DNA from: an uncultured Pelagibacteraceae bacterium
Lineage (GTDB): Bacteria > Pseudomonadota > Alphaproteobacteria > Pelagibacterales > Pelagibacteraceae
Reading direction: 5' to 3'
DNA: 64,000 bases
Assembly (NCBI GenBank): GCA_902590465.1
Contig: CACIWX010000002.1
Span: 20,489 to 84,488 of the forward strand
Shown: positions 40,201 to 50,816 of the stretch, piece after piece
Position numbering within the stretch: position 1 is the stretch's first letter
Layout: every line of letters starts with the position of its first letter
Notes under the pieces: model-generated
Told to the model about the DNA's origin: nothing
Databases searched by the model: none
The model's input: only the letters and a program-made list of their open reading frames with translations
Program-made: the position numbers and the translations under genes

Positions 40201-40947
40201 TTAATTTTTTTTTATCTCTCCTTTGCTCGTGTGAACATGATCATGTCTATGTTCATACCTTGATAATATTTGAGAAGCTTGTTCACCGAACAGAGCTTTA
40301 TATTCATTATTTTTTGCAACATCCATTGGAGATCCTGAACAACAGACGTGACCGTTTAAGCAGACAACATGGTCTGTAGCACTCATCACTGTGTGTAAGT
40401 CATGTGAAATTAATAAAATTCCACAATTTAATTCGTCAGTAATTTTCTTTATGAGTTTATATAAAGCTATTTCACCAGTGAAATCTACTCCTTGCACTGG
40501 TTCATCAAGCACCAATAGATCTGGTTTTTTTGAAATTGCTCTTGCAATCAACACTCTTTGAAATTCACCGCCTGATAAATCACCCAAATTTTTATTTTTA
40601 AGTTGTATAACACCAGTTAATGATAGAGCTTCGTTAATATCATCATCTTTAAGATTTTCAGTCAAAACCATGAAATCCTTAACTCTAAGTGGCAACGTCC
40701 AGTCGATTGAAATTTTTTGAGGAACATAACCAACTTTATTTGTATATTTTTCAACCTCTCCATCAATTTTTTTATAAATTCCTAATGCAATTTTAGCGGT
40801 TGTACTTTTTCCAGAACCATTAGGCCCAATAAGAGTAACTATTTGTCCTTTTTCAATTTGTAATGATACTCCTTTGACTAGCCATTTGTCTTTTAAACGG
40901 AAACCAGCTTGATTTAATTTTACTAAAATATTTTGATTTGAGGTCAT
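40201..40947 (-). CDS. znuC: Zinc ABC ATPase
   Basis: GPNGSGKS, LSGGEFQR, LDEP, HVCCSG, His tail. Confidence 0.93.
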   Translation of the reverse strand: MTSNQNILVKLNQAGFRLKDKWLVKGVSLQIEKGQIVTLIGPNGSGKSTTAKIALGIYKKIDGEVEKYTNKVGYVPQKISIDWTLPLRVKDFMVLTENLKDDDINEALSLTGVIQLKNKNLGDLSGGEFQRVLIARAISKKPDLLVLDEPVQGVDFTGEIALYKLIKKITDELNCGILLISHDLHTVMSATDHVVCLNGHVCCSGSPMDVAKNNEYKALFGEQASQILSRYEHRHDHVHTSKGEIKKN

Positions 40948-40964
40948 TTAATTCCTTGACTTAT

Positions 40965-41003
40965 AAATGTTATATTATTACATAATGTTATATTATAACA
41001 ATT
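40965..41003. promoter_or_regulatory. Two tandem Zur boxes in the divergent znuC/znuA promoter
   Basis: AAATGTTATATTATTACAT and AATGTTATATTATAACAATT versus proteobacterial consensus GAAATGTTATAnTATAACATTTC. Confidence 0.85.
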
Positions 41004-41019
41004 TAAAAATACTATCATT

Positions 41020-42024
41020 ATGAAAAACATTAAAAAACTACCATTTATATTATCAATATTATCTTTATTTACTATTTTTTCACCAGCAAATGCCGATGTT
41101 AAAGTAGTCGCTTCAATTAAACCTATACATTCATTAGCAAGCTATTTGATGGATGGTGTGGGTAAACCAGACTTGATAGTAGACGGGTATGCTTCGCCGC
41201 ATGGATTTGCGATGAAACCATCGCACGCTAAAATGTTACAGGAAGCTGACCTAATATTTTGGGTTGGTGAAGATTTAGAAAATTTTTTAGAAAAACCATT
41301 AAAATCAATAGCAAAAGAAGCTGAGAAAATAGAATTAATGGAAATTAAAGGTCTTAAAAAATTAAAATTTAGAGAAAGAAATATCTTTGAAGAACATGGA
41401 CACGATGAGCATAAAGAACACGGTCATAAAGAAGATAAACATGACGATCATAAGCACGATGAGCATAAAGAACACGGTCATAAAGAAGATAAACATGACG
41501 ATCATCACGAGCATGCTCACGGCGAATATGATCCACATATTTGGCTTGATCCAATAAACGCAAAAGCAATCCTAAGTGAAATGGCAGAGCATTTAATTGA
41601 AAAAGATCCAAACAATGCTTCTACTTACAAAGCTAATTTAAAAAAGGCTCATAAAGCATTAGATAATCTTACAAAAAAAATAAAATCTGAATTAAAAAAA
41701 GATTTTAAATCTATTGTCTTCCATGACGCCTACCAGTATTTCGAAAAAAGATTTAATGTAAATGTTTTAGGAGCTTTTACAGTTAACACAGATGTATTAC
41801 CAGGAGCCGAACAATTGGCTGAAATCAGAGAGATAATTGAACATGAAAAGATAACTTGTGTATTTTCAGAACCTCAATTTAATCCAGATATCATAAAGGC
41901 AGTTGCAAAAGATATGAAAATAAATACTGGTGTAATCGACCCTTTAGGAGCAACTCTTAATCCTGGAAAAGATTTATACTTTGATTTAATTAGAAATATG
42001 TATGCTTCTTTTAAAGGCTGTTAG
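41020..42024 (+). CDS. znuA: Zinc ABC substrate-binding protein
   Basis: ASPH, His-rich loop, DPHIWLDP, VFHDAY.YFE, EPQF, DPLG. Confidence 0.94.
   Translation: MKNIKKLPFILSILSLFTIFSPANADVKVVASIKPIHSLASYLMDGVGKPDLIVDGYASPHGFAMKPSHAKMLQEADLIFWVGEDLENFLEKPLKSIAKEAEKIELMEIKGLKKLKFRERNIFEEHGHDEHKEHGHKEDKHDDHKHDEHKEHGHKEDKHDDHHEHAHGEYDPHIWLDPINAKAILSEMAEHLIEKDPNNASTYKANLKKAHKALDNLTKKIKSELKKDFKSIVFHDAYQYFEKRFNVNVLGAFTVNTDVLPGAEQLAEIREIIEHEKITCVFSEPQFNPDIIKAVAKDMKINTGVIDPLGATLNPGKDLYFDLIRNMYASFKGC
41401..41505 (+). repeat. Perfect 51-bp duplication (54-bp period) in the ZnuA His loop
   Basis: 41401-41451 = 41455-41505. Confidence 0.92.
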
Positions 42025-42026
42025 AC

Positions 42027-42674
42027 TTAAGTTATTATCTCAGCAAATCTGTTTTCTATAATATTTAGTTTTAGATTATTCTGTTTTGTAAAATCGTTTA
42101 CAGCTTTTTCAACTTCAGGAATATAACTTTCCTTACCATAATCATCACATAAAATAACTTTTTTTTTATCCTTCATGCTGCCATATAAAGTCGTAAGATC
42201 GTTAATTACTGTTTGATAGCTGTGTCCACCATCTAAAAAAGTAAAATCAATATTTTGAAGATCCAATTCTTTTAATATTTTATTAGTATCTCCCGCTATT
42301 AATTTGATATTGTTGCTATATTTTTTTAATAGTTTACTTACACTTTTTATTGAATTTAAGTTTTCTTTTAAAATGTAATTATAATAAATATTTTTAAATG
42401 GATTTGAAAATTTTTGATCTTTTAAAAACTTTGGTTCGATTTCATCTTTGTCTTCACTTTGGTCTCCGCCAAACAAATCAACACCAATATAGTTAAAGTT
42501 ATTTTCGTTTACTTTATTTAAAAGATCACAGATGTTTCTTGCAGTAACACCGCAAAAAACACCAATCTCTAAAATATTTTTTGGATTATGAAGTGAAATT
42601 CTTTCAAGAAAAATGTTTCCCCATTTTCCTTTTAAGCCAGTTTTTCTCCAGTAACTTTTGTAATTCAGACTCAA
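42027..42674 (-). CDS. Class I SAM-dependent methyltransferase
   Basis: ILEIGVFCG, GVDLF, FLDGGHSY, CDDY. Confidence 0.8.
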   Translation of the reverse strand: MSLNYKSYWRKTGLKGKWGNIFLERISLHNPKNILEIGVFCGVTARNICDLLNKVNENNFNYIGVDLFGGDQSEDKDEIEPKFLKDQKFSNPFKNIYYNYILKENLNSIKSVSKLLKKYSNNIKLIAGDTNKILKELDLQNIDFTFLDGGHSYQTVINDLTTLYGSMKDKKKVILCDDYGKESYIPEVEKAVNDFTKQNNLKLNIIENRFAEIIT

Positions 42675-42677
42675 AGA

Positions 42678-43670
42678 TTAGGCAAAAACTTCGCCCCAAC
42701 TACCTCTTGTAGATGCTTTAGAATACTCAGTAGCTCTACCTTCGAAGAAATTCATGTGCTCTACTCCATTTAACATCGTATCTAACCAAGTTAACGGATT
42801 TTTTTTAACATCATAAATTGGATTTAGGCCAAGTTGCTCTAGTCTTCTGTTTCCAATAAATCTAATGTATTGTTTAACTTCATCAGCTGTTAAACCTTCC
42901 ATTGGACCCATTTGAAAAGCTAAATCAATAAAAGCGTCTTCATGTGATATAATTGTTTTACATGCATCATAAATTTCTTTTTTTAATTTATCATTCCAGA
43001 TCGATGGATTTTCTTTTATAAAATCTTTAAACAATCTTATCATTGAATTACAGTGAAGCGTTTCATCTCTTACTGACCAAGTTACTATCTGGCCCATACC
43101 TTTCATCTTATTAAATCTTGGAAAATTTAATAGTATCGCAAAGCTAGCAAACAATTGAAGTCCTTCTGTGAAAGCTGAAAATACTGCAATTGTTTTTGCA
43201 ATATCATGATTAGATTTAACATCAAAGCCTTGCATATAATCGTACTTGTCTTTCATTTCTTTATATTTCATGAAAGCTGAGTACTCTGTCTCTGGCATAC
43301 CGATCGTATCTAATAAGTGAGAATAAGCAGCAATATGAACTGTTTCCATTGAAGCAAATGATGACATCATCATTAAAACTTCAGTTGGTTTGAATACATT
43401 CATGTAATGTCTAATGTAACAGTTGCTTACTTCAACATCGGCTTGTGTAAAAAATCTAAAAATATGAGTTAATAAATTCTTTTCCTCTACGGATAAATTT
43501 TTTTGCCAGTCTCTTACATCATCGCCTAATGGAACTTCCTCTGGTAACCAGTGAATTCTTTGTTGAGTTAACCAGGCGTCATAACACCATGGATACCTAA
43601 ATGGTTTGTAAACTGGATTAGCTACTAATAAGCCGTTTTCTTTTGTTTGAATTTTTTCTGCTACTGACAT
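42678..43670 (-). CDS. nrdB: Class I ribonucleotide reductase beta subunit
   Basis: HWLPEEV, FFTQAD, E.VH..AY, RDETLH, NFFE.RATEY; start likely 43670. Confidence 0.95.
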   Translation of the reverse strand: MSVAEKIQTKENGLLVANPVYKPFRYPWCYDAWLTQQRIHWLPEEVPLGDDVRDWQKNLSVEEKNLLTHIFRFFTQADVEVSNCYIRHYMNVFKPTEVLMMMSSFASMETVHIAAYSHLLDTIGMPETEYSAFMKYKEMKDKYDYMQGFDVKSNHDIAKTIAVFSAFTEGLQLFASFAILLNFPRFNKMKGMGQIVTWSVRDETLHCNSMIRLFKDFIKENPSIWNDKLKKEIYDACKTIISHEDAFIDLAFQMGPMEGLTADEVKQYIRFIGNRRLEQLGLNPIYDVKKNPLTWLDTMLNGVEHMNFFEGRATEYSKASTRGSWGEVFA

Positions 43671-45610
43671 GATAAACACTCCTCATAATTGTTTGATTCA
43701 TTATTTGATTCTTGGCCTTGAGAGTAAACATTTTTGGTCACATCTGTGGATGAACCTTTGTTTACATTCTCCGCTCTTTGGATAGATTTAGATCTGCAGT
43801 AATAAAGGCTTTTAAGACCTTTTTTCCAAGCTTGGAAATGAAGATCATGCAAATCCTTTTTGTGAATATCTGCAGGTATAAATATATTAATTGACTGGGC
43901 TTGAGAAATATGAGGTGTTCTATCTGCACCTAATTCCACGATCCATCTTTGATCAATTTCGAAAGCAGTTTTAAAAGTGTCTTTTTCCTGTGCTGTTAAA
44001 AAATCTAAATGAGATACAGAGCCTTGATTAGTTGTAATACTAGACCAAACTTCATCTGTATCTTTATTGTATTTTTGTAAAATTTTCTTCAAGTATTTAT
44101 TTCTAACGTTAAAAGATCCTGACAAAGTTTTATGCGTATAACTATTTGCTGCAATAGGTTCAATTCCTGGAGAAGATCCGCCACAAATAATGGATATTGA
44201 AGCTGTCGGAGCTATTGCTGTTTTATTTGAAAATCTTTCTTTCATTCCGTATTCTGCTGCATCAGGACAAGCTCCTCTTTCTTCTGCAAGACTGACTGAT
44301 GCTGCATCTACTTTTTCTTGAATATTTTTAAATATTTTTTTGTTCCAAACCTTACTCATTACTGATCCAAAGGGGATACTTTTTTGTTGAAAATAAGAAT
44401 GTAAACCCATAACACCAAGACCAACGCTTCTTTCTCGCATTGCAGAATATTTTGCATGAGCAAATTCATCTGGAGCTCTATTAATAAAATCGGTCATGAC
44501 ATTGTCTAAAAATCTCATAACATCCTCAACAAATTGAGGATCTTCACTCCATTGATCATAAGTATCAATATTTAAAGATGATAAACAACAAACTGCTGTT
44601 CTTTGATTACCATCGTTATCTTGACCTGTAGGTAATGTGATTTCACTACAAAGGTTTGAAGTTTTAACTTTTAAACCAGCTAGTTTGTGATGTTGTGGAA
44701 TTTGTCTATTAACAGTATCGATAAAAACTATATAAGGCTCACCTGTTTCAATTCTAGCAGTTAACAATCTGATCCATAAGTTTCTTGCGGGAATAGTTGA
44801 TTGTACTGTGCCGTCGTATGGACTTCTTAACGCCCACTGATCACCAGTTTCAACTGCTCTCATAAATTCATCTGTAACTAGTACACCATGGTGTAAATTA
44901 AGAGATCTTCTGTTAACGTCTCCTCCAGTTGGTCTTCTCATCTCAATAAATTCTTCAATTTCAGGATGATCAATTTGTAAATAACATGCAGCTGAACCTC
45001 TTCTTAAAGAACCTTGGCTGATAGCTAAAGTTAAAGAGTCCATAACTTTGATGAATGGGATGATTCCAGAAGTTTTTCCAACTTTGCCAATCTTTTCACC
45101 AATAGATCTTAAATTGCCCCAGTAACTTCCAATACCTCCACCTCTAGCAGCAAGCCATACGTTCTCTTCCCAAAGATTTGTAATTCCTTCTAAACTATCG
45201 CTAGCTTCATTTAAAAAACATGAGATAGGTAAACCTCTTTCTGTGCCTCCATTAGATAAAACTGGAGTTGCTGGCATAAACCATAAATTGCTTATGTAAT
45301 TATAAATTCTTTGTGCATGTAAATTATCATCAGCATAGACACTAGCCACTCTCGCAAATAAATCTTGGAAACTCTCGTTTTGACCTAGGTATCTGTCTTT
45401 AAGTGTGGCTTTTCCAAAGTCAGTTAAGTTAGCATCTCTAGATCTATCAATCTTAATTGTGATGCCTCTCTCATTCTGGAATAGTTCTGTTTCACCTGAT
45501 AAAGAGAATAAATCAGGTTTCTTAGGGCCATTATTTCTTTGATCATTTTGGTGCTTCTGGCTTATACTGCCGACAGCTTTCTCTATTGCCAATGATACGT
45601 TTTTATTCAT
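43661..45610 (-). CDS. nrdA: Class I ribonucleotide reductase alpha subunit (no ATP cone)
   Basis: PATPVL, ISCF, SNLCSEI, APTAS, SLYY, C-terminal CLSC. Confidence 0.95.
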   Translation of the reverse strand: MNKNVSLAIEKAVGSISQKHQNDQRNNGPKKPDLFSLSGETELFQNERGITIKIDRSRDANLTDFGKATLKDRYLGQNESFQDLFARVASVYADDNLHAQRIYNYISNLWFMPATPVLSNGGTERGLPISCFLNEASDSLEGITNLWEENVWLAARGGGIGSYWGNLRSIGEKIGKVGKTSGIIPFIKVMDSLTLAISQGSLRRGSAACYLQIDHPEIEEFIEMRRPTGGDVNRRSLNLHHGVLVTDEFMRAVETGDQWALRSPYDGTVQSTIPARNLWIRLLTARIETGEPYIVFIDTVNRQIPQHHKLAGLKVKTSNLCSEITLPTGQDNDGNQRTAVCCLSSLNIDTYDQWSEDPQFVEDVMRFLDNVMTDFINRAPDEFAHAKYSAMRERSVGLGVMGLHSYFQQKSIPFGSVMSKVWNKKIFKNIQEKVDAASVSLAEERGACPDAAEYGMKERFSNKTAIAPTASISIICGGSSPGIEPIAANSYTHKTLSGSFNVRNKYLKKILQKYNKDTDEVWSSITTNQGSVSHLDFLTAQEKDTFKTAFEIDQRWIVELGADRTPHISQAQSINIFIPADIHKKDLHDLHFQAWKKGLKSLYYCRSKSIQRAENVNKGSSTDVTKNVYSQGQESNNESNNYEECLSCQ

Positions 45611-45643
45611 ATTTTTACTTATTTACTTCGATTTATTAACAAA

Positions 45644-45659
45644 ACAACTATATGTTGTG
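45644..45659. promoter_or_regulatory. Putative NrdR box
   Basis: ACAACTATATGTTGTG, 34 bp upstream of nrdA, similar to acaCwAtATaTwGtg. Confidence 0.6.
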
Positions 45660-45796
45660 TCACAATATATTTAATATACCATATACCATCGAAATCAATA
45701 GAACATTATAAGAACATTTGAATAATTTTGCAAGTGGAAAGTTTTGTTAATAAACATTTAATAACAAAAGCCTTTATTCTTTAGTATTTATAGTTA

Positions 45797-47239
45797 ATGA
45801 AAATCAATCCAAACGGTTTTAGAGAGTACGACGCTAGATGGCTTTATGAAAAAGACATCGATTTAGAGGGAATCATCGATTTAGGAAAAGGACTAGGTTC
45901 TCAAATAATAAGTCATACTAAAAAAGAAAATCCAAGTGTGGTAGTAGGTCATGATTATAGGTCCTACAGTGAAGATATAAAAAGAGCTCTTATTAATGGC
46001 TTAACTTCAACTGGATGTGCTGTTGAAGATATAGGTCTATCATTATCTCCCACTGTTTACTTTGCGCAATTTAATTTAAATTCTGATGCCATAGCAATGG
46101 TTACGGCTAGTCATAATGAAAATGGTTGGACTGGAGTTAAAATGGGTATCAAAAAAGGTTTAACCCATGCTCCTGAAGAAATGAGTGAACTGAAAGATAT
46201 CACCTTAAATAAGAAGTTTGTTAATGGAAAGGGTTCGATCAAAAAAATAGATAACTTTAAGAGTGTCTATTCAAATGATTTAATAAAAAAAAATAAGATC
46301 AGTAAGAAAATTAAAGCCGTTGTTGCTTGTGGTAATGGAACAGCAGGAGTTTTTGCACCTGAAATCTTAAGAGGTATTGGTTGCGAAGTGATAGAATTAG
46401 ATTGTAATCTAGACTGGTCTTTTCCAAAATATAACCCTAACCCTGAAGATCTTGAAATGCTTCACGCAATAGCAAAAGCAGTAAAAGACAACAATGCAGA
46501 TGTTGGATTTGGTTTTGATGGAGATGGAGATAGATGTGGAGTAATTGATGATAAGGGAAATGAAATATACTCTGATAAAATAGGATTATTAATTGCTAGA
46601 CACTTAGCATCTAAACATCAAAACTCAAAATTTGTTGTGGATGTGAAATCAACGGGTCTTTATGCAAAAGATAAAGTTCTTTTAGAAAATAATTGTAAGA
46701 CAATTTATTGGAAGACTGGACACTCTCATATAAAAAGAAAAGTTAATCTAGAAAAAGCTTTGGCGGGATTTGAAAAAAGTGGACATTTCTTTTTTAATCA
46801 ACCTTTAGGATACGGATATGATGATGGAATAAATTCAGCGATACAAGTTTGTCATTTAATAACTAATCAAGACAAGAAGATGAGTGAAATTATTAATGAG
46901 TTACCCAAAACATATCAATCTCCAACTATGGCGCCATTCTGCAAAGATGAAGAAAAATATAAAGTGGTAGAGGAAATGGTTAAAAAAGTTGAAGATCTTA
47001 AAAGACAGAATATTAAAATAGATAATCAATCGATCATGGAAGTTTTGACAGTGAACGGAGTAAGATTTTCTTTAACAGATGGATCTTGGGGTTTAATTAG
47101 AGCTTCATCAAATAAACCCTCTCTTGTCGTAGTTACTGAAAGCCCTACTTCAAACGAGAGAAAGAAAAATATTTTTGATTATATAGATAAATTATTACAA
47201 GAAACTGGAAAAATTGGTGAATACGATCAAAAAATTTAA
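45797..47239 (+). CDS. Phosphomannomutase/phosphoglucomutase
   Basis: FREYDAR, TASHN, FDGDGDR, EKSGH, RASSN. Confidence 0.93.
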   Translation: MKINPNGFREYDARWLYEKDIDLEGIIDLGKGLGSQIISHTKKENPSVVVGHDYRSYSEDIKRALINGLTSTGCAVEDIGLSLSPTVYFAQFNLNSDAIAMVTASHNENGWTGVKMGIKKGLTHAPEEMSELKDITLNKKFVNGKGSIKKIDNFKSVYSNDLIKKNKISKKIKAVVACGNGTAGVFAPEILRGIGCEVIELDCNLDWSFPKYNPNPEDLEMLHAIAKAVKDNNADVGFGFDGDGDRCGVIDDKGNEIYSDKIGLLIARHLASKHQNSKFVVDVKSTGLYAKDKVLLENNCKTIYWKTGHSHIKRKVNLEKALAGFEKSGHFFFNQPLGYGYDDGINSAIQVCHLITNQDKKMSEIINELPKTYQSPTMAPFCKDEEKYKVVEEMVKKVEDLKRQNIKIDNQSIMEVLTVNGVRFSLTDGSWGLIRASSNKPSLVVVTESPTSNERKKNIFDYIDKLLQETGKIGEYDQKI

Positions 47240-48066
47240 AGATTAAAATACTCGTATAAAAATTTAGAACCAATAACTATTAAAAACAGTCCAAAATACT
47301 TCGTCATCTTTTTTTTATTAATTCTATGACTAGCTTTTGCTCCTAACCTTGCCATAAATGCAGTTATTGGGAAGAAAATTAAAAATGCTGGAATATTTAA
47401 AAATCCAATACTTAAAGGTAAATTAACATTCAAATAATTCCCTGAAAAAAGAAAACCTATTGTGCCAAATAAAGCAATTATAAAACCAATAGCAGCTGCA
47501 CTTCCTATTGCTTTATTTATTGGATAACCAAAAAACTTTAAAATTGGAACGTTCATTACTGCTCCACCAATTCCCATTGGGGCTGAAACAAAACCAGTAA
47601 TTACTCCTGATATTATTTTAGCCGTTAAACCCATCTTGATTGAAAGATTTGACTCTTTCTCTTTTAAAAATAATAAGTAGAAAGCAAGAATATAAACAAC
47701 AATGGTAAAAAATAATATTAAAGGTTTTGTTTTTAAACCAGCAGCTAAAATAGTGCCAAGTATCACTCCTATAACTACAAACACTCCGTAACCTTTCACT
47801 ACACTAAAATCGACTGCATTATGCTGATGATGAGTTAAGACTGATACAATTGAAGTTGGGATAATTATGCCAAATGAAGTTCCCACAGCTAAATGCATTA
47901 GATACTCTGGCTCGATACCAGCTGCACCAAAAATATAAAATAGGATTGGTACAGTGATTAACCCTCCTCCAATACCAAATAAACCTGCAGCAAACCCGGC
48001 TGGGATAGCTGTGATGACCATTATAAAAATTAGATAAAGAGTTTCTGATTGAAAAAGAATATCCAA
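47236..48066 (-). CDS. Sulfite exporter TauE/SafE family protein
   Basis: AGLFGIGGG..VP, AVGTS, GIGGA. Confidence 0.88.
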   Translation of the reverse strand: MDILFQSETLYLIFIMVITAIPAGFAAGLFGIGGGLITVPILFYIFGAAGIEPEYLMHLAVGTSFGIIIPTSIVSVLTHHQHNAVDFSVVKGYGVFVVIGVILGTILAAGLKTKPLILFFTIVVYILAFYLLFLKEKESNLSIKMGLTAKIISGVITGFVSAPMGIGGAVMNVPILKFFGYPINKAIGSAAAIGFIIALFGTIGFLFSGNYLNVNLPLSIGFLNIPAFLIFFPITAFMARLGAKASHRINKKKMTKYFGLFLIVIGSKFLYEYFNL

Positions 48067-48068
48067 AA

Positions 48069-49052
48069 TTATCTTTCTAAAGATACAGGATTTGTTTTTC
48101 TAACCTGGTCCATTATATGATTTACTTTTTGAAGATCAGCATCTCTGATGCACATATTTTTAGAAAGATATTGTTTCCATGTTCTAGAACCATTTTGCCC
48201 GTGAAATAATCCAACAGTGTGTCTCATTATATGATTTAATTGTACACCTTTTGATGTTTCTTCTTGAATGTATGGAATTAATTTTTCCATAACATCACTT
48301 CTTGTAGGAACATTTTCATTATTAAAAATATCTCTTTCAATATCAGCTAAAAAATATGGTGAATGGTAAATGGCTCTTCCAATCATAGCGCCATCTACTT
48401 TTAATAAATGTTGTTTAATATCTGCTGTAGTTTTAATTCCTCCATTAATTACTATTTCGTCATTTTTAAAATGTTCTTTTAGTTTATAAACAAATTCATA
48501 TTTAAGCGGTGGGATATTTAAATTTTCCTTTGGACTTAATTTTTTTAGCAAAGCTTTTCTTGCATGGATAATAAATTTTTTTGATCCGGCATCTTTAGTT
48601 GTTTGAATAAAAGATTTTAAAAACTCAAAATTTTCAACATCATTATAGCCAATTCTTGTTTTAATTGTTACTGGTAGCTTTGTAGCTTTAGACATCGCTT
48701 CAATACATTTAGCTACAAGATCCGGCTCTTGCATTAAACACGCACCAAATTTATTTTTTTGTACTTTTTTACTAGGGCAACCTAAATTTAAATTTATTTC
48801 TTTATATCCATAATCTTCTGAAATTTTACAAGCCTCTGCAAGTTCATCAGGATTTGAACCTCCCAGTTGTAAAGTAACGGGATTAGAAATTTTTTTAAAA
48901 GATAATAATTTATCTCTATCCCCTCTTATGATTGCATTAGCTACAATCATTTCAGAATATAAATGAATATTTTTACTGATAAGACTTAAAAAATATATTT
49001 CATGTTTATCAGTGCAATCCATCATTGGTGCAACTGAAACAGTTTTTTTCAT
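48069..49052 (-). CDS. dusA: tRNA dihydrouridine synthase A
   Basis: APMMD.TD, QLGGS, NLGCPS..VQ, IHARKA, LSPKEN..IPPL. Confidence 0.93.
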   Translation of the reverse strand: MKKTVSVAPMMDCTDKHEIYFLSLISKNIHLYSEMIVANAIIRGDRDKLLSFKKISNPVTLQLGGSNPDELAEACKISEDYGYKEINLNLGCPSKKVQKNKFGACLMQEPDLVAKCIEAMSKATKLPVTIKTRIGYNDVENFEFLKSFIQTTKDAGSKKFIIHARKALLKKLSPKENLNIPPLKYEFVYKLKEHFKNDEIVINGGIKTTADIKQHLLKVDGAMIGRAIYHSPYFLADIERDIFNNENVPTRSDVMEKLIPYIQEETSKGVQLNHIMRHTVGLFHGQNGSRTWKQYLSKNMCIRDADLQKVNHIMDQVRKTNPVSLER

Positions 49053-49055
49053 GAT

Positions 49056-49556
49056 TTACTCTGATTTATTTTCTTCTTCTGCAGGAGCTTCTTCACTCAA
49101 TTCAAGTGGGGCTTCTTCGGTTTCTAAATTCTCTTCTTTAATTTCAGGCTGTTCAGCTTTTAATTCTGATAATGCTTCATCAGCTAAGCTAGGTTTTTTA
49201 ACTTCTGGAATTCTCCTAGTTCTTTTTGATGGCAGAATTGCTACTCCGCTTTTTGAGACTTGACCTTTGTATAAATTCTCAAAATCATCATTAGTCTCTT
49301 CTTCTGTTTCTTCTTGTTGTTCAATTTCGTCTGGCTCTTTTCTAAGTCTTTTTATAGCGCTTGCTTCAACTTCTTTAACATCAATTTTTCCATCACCGAT
49401 TTCTCTTAGTGAAATAATTGTTCTCTTGTCATTATCCTCTTCAACAAGCATTGGAGATCCAGCGTTTAACTGAACTGTTCGCTCTTTAGCTAAAAGCACT
49501 AAATCATATTGATTATCAACTTTTTCTAAGCAGTCTTCTACGGTAATTCTTGCCAT
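49056..49556 (-). CDS. rpoZ: RNA polymerase omega subunit (acidic C-terminal extension)
   Basis: MARITVEDC, NDK....LREI. Confidence 0.93.
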   Translation of the reverse strand: MARITVEDCLEKVDNQYDLVLLAKERTVQLNAGSPMLVEEDNDKRTIISLREIGDGKIDVKEVEASAIKRLRKEPDEIEQQEETEEETNDDFENLYKGQVSKSGVAILPSKRTRRIPEVKKPSLADEALSELKAEQPEIKEENLETEEAPLELSEEAPAEEENKSE

Positions 49557-49596
49557 GATGATTGTTATTTATTCAATTAGGTTTAATAAATCAAGC

Positions 49597-50814
49597 TTAA
49601 TTTGGCAACCTTACAGGTTCTATTGTTTTTCTGATTATAATTAATAAAGCTAATGAAATAACGACGTAACTAGCTCCAACGAAAGCGATATTTTCTATAG
49701 TAAATCCTTTATCGATCAACAGACCAAAAACTGCTGTGCCGAAAGCAGTTGAAAAAACCATAAATGCAGTGGTTAAAGCTTTAATGCTTCCAATATATTT
49801 TACTCCATATATCTCCGCCCAAGTAGAGGATCCGAGTATATTTGCTAAACCGTTAGATACTCCAATTAATCCAAGAAAAACATAAGCAAATATTTCATGA
49901 TTAAAATAAAATAAAGTAATCATAGCAAACAATAATGGTATGTTCATATACATAATAAGTTTTCTTCCTGTAAATTTATCAACTAAAAAACCTGAAACAA
50001 ATAACGTAGCTATCGATGTTATTGAATAAACCATAAATGCTTTAGGTATTGTATAAATAGCCCACATTTTTGAGTCAGAAATAAAAGATTGATAAACAAA
50101 AACTCCTGTTGCGATCCAAGGCATTGCAAGCATGTTCAAAGATACAATATAAAATCTATAATCTTTTAAAACATCTCTTCTTCTCCAACTTTTGATTTTA
50201 AGTTTTTTATTGTCAGGACTAGGGTCTGCCTCTCTTGAGTCTAGTTTTATCGACTTAATTGTATTTAAAATTACAAAAGGCAAAAATAAAATTATTAGTA
50301 TTGCAATACCTTGCCAGACAGTTCTCCAGGAGTAAATAAGGAAAAAATAAGTTATAAGAACTGGTAAAATAAATTCTGCTGTAGATAAACCAAACCAAAT
50401 CGTGCTTAAAGCCTTTCCTCTAGATCTTTCAAAAAATCTTGAGATTGTTGTCGTTGAAGTATGGCTCATTAAACCTTGTCCAGAAAATCTCATTAAGAAT
50501 ATTCCAATCGCTAAAAAATAAATACTATTGATAAATGAAAAAAATAATGAAGAAGCAAATAACAATATAACTACAAAAAATGAATAATTTAAAATTTGGT
50601 AATCATCTATTTTTTTTCCAACCCAAATAAGAAGCAAACTTGAAAAAATAGTTGCGCTTGCATAGATGCTGCCGAATTGGCCGTGAGTAATACCCAGTTC
50701 ATTTCTTATAGGTGCGTTAAACAATCCCAAAAAAAAGCTCTGTCCAAAACTAGAAAAAAATGTAAATATAAATCCAAATACAATTACTTTTTTATTTAAA
50801 GTGAGGTTAATCAT
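49597..50814 (-). CDS. MFS transporter
   Basis: SSFGQSFF, RFSGQG, RGKAL; about 12 TM. Confidence 0.88.
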   Translation of the reverse strand: MINLTLNKKVIVFGFIFTFFSSFGQSFFLGLFNAPIRNELGITHGQFGSIYASATIFSSLLLIWVGKKIDDYQILNYSFFVVILLFASSLFFSFINSIYFLAIGIFLMRFSGQGLMSHTSTTTISRFFERSRGKALSTIWFGLSTAEFILPVLITYFFLIYSWRTVWQGIAILIILFLPFVILNTIKSIKLDSREADPSPDNKKLKIKSWRRRDVLKDYRFYIVSLNMLAMPWIATGVFVYQSFISDSKMWAIYTIPKAFMVYSITSIATLFVSGFLVDKFTGRKLIMYMNIPLLFAMITLFYFNHEIFAYVFLGLIGVSNGLANILGSSTWAEIYGVKYIGSIKALTTAFMVFSTAFGTAVFGLLIDKGFTIENIAFVGASYVVISLALLIIIRKTIEPVRLPN

Positions 50815-50816
50815 TA

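Noticed and set aside
49056-49330. Acidic RpoZ tail as a novel fused domain
   Set aside because: Low-complexity acidic extensions are common in alphaproteobacterial omega subunits
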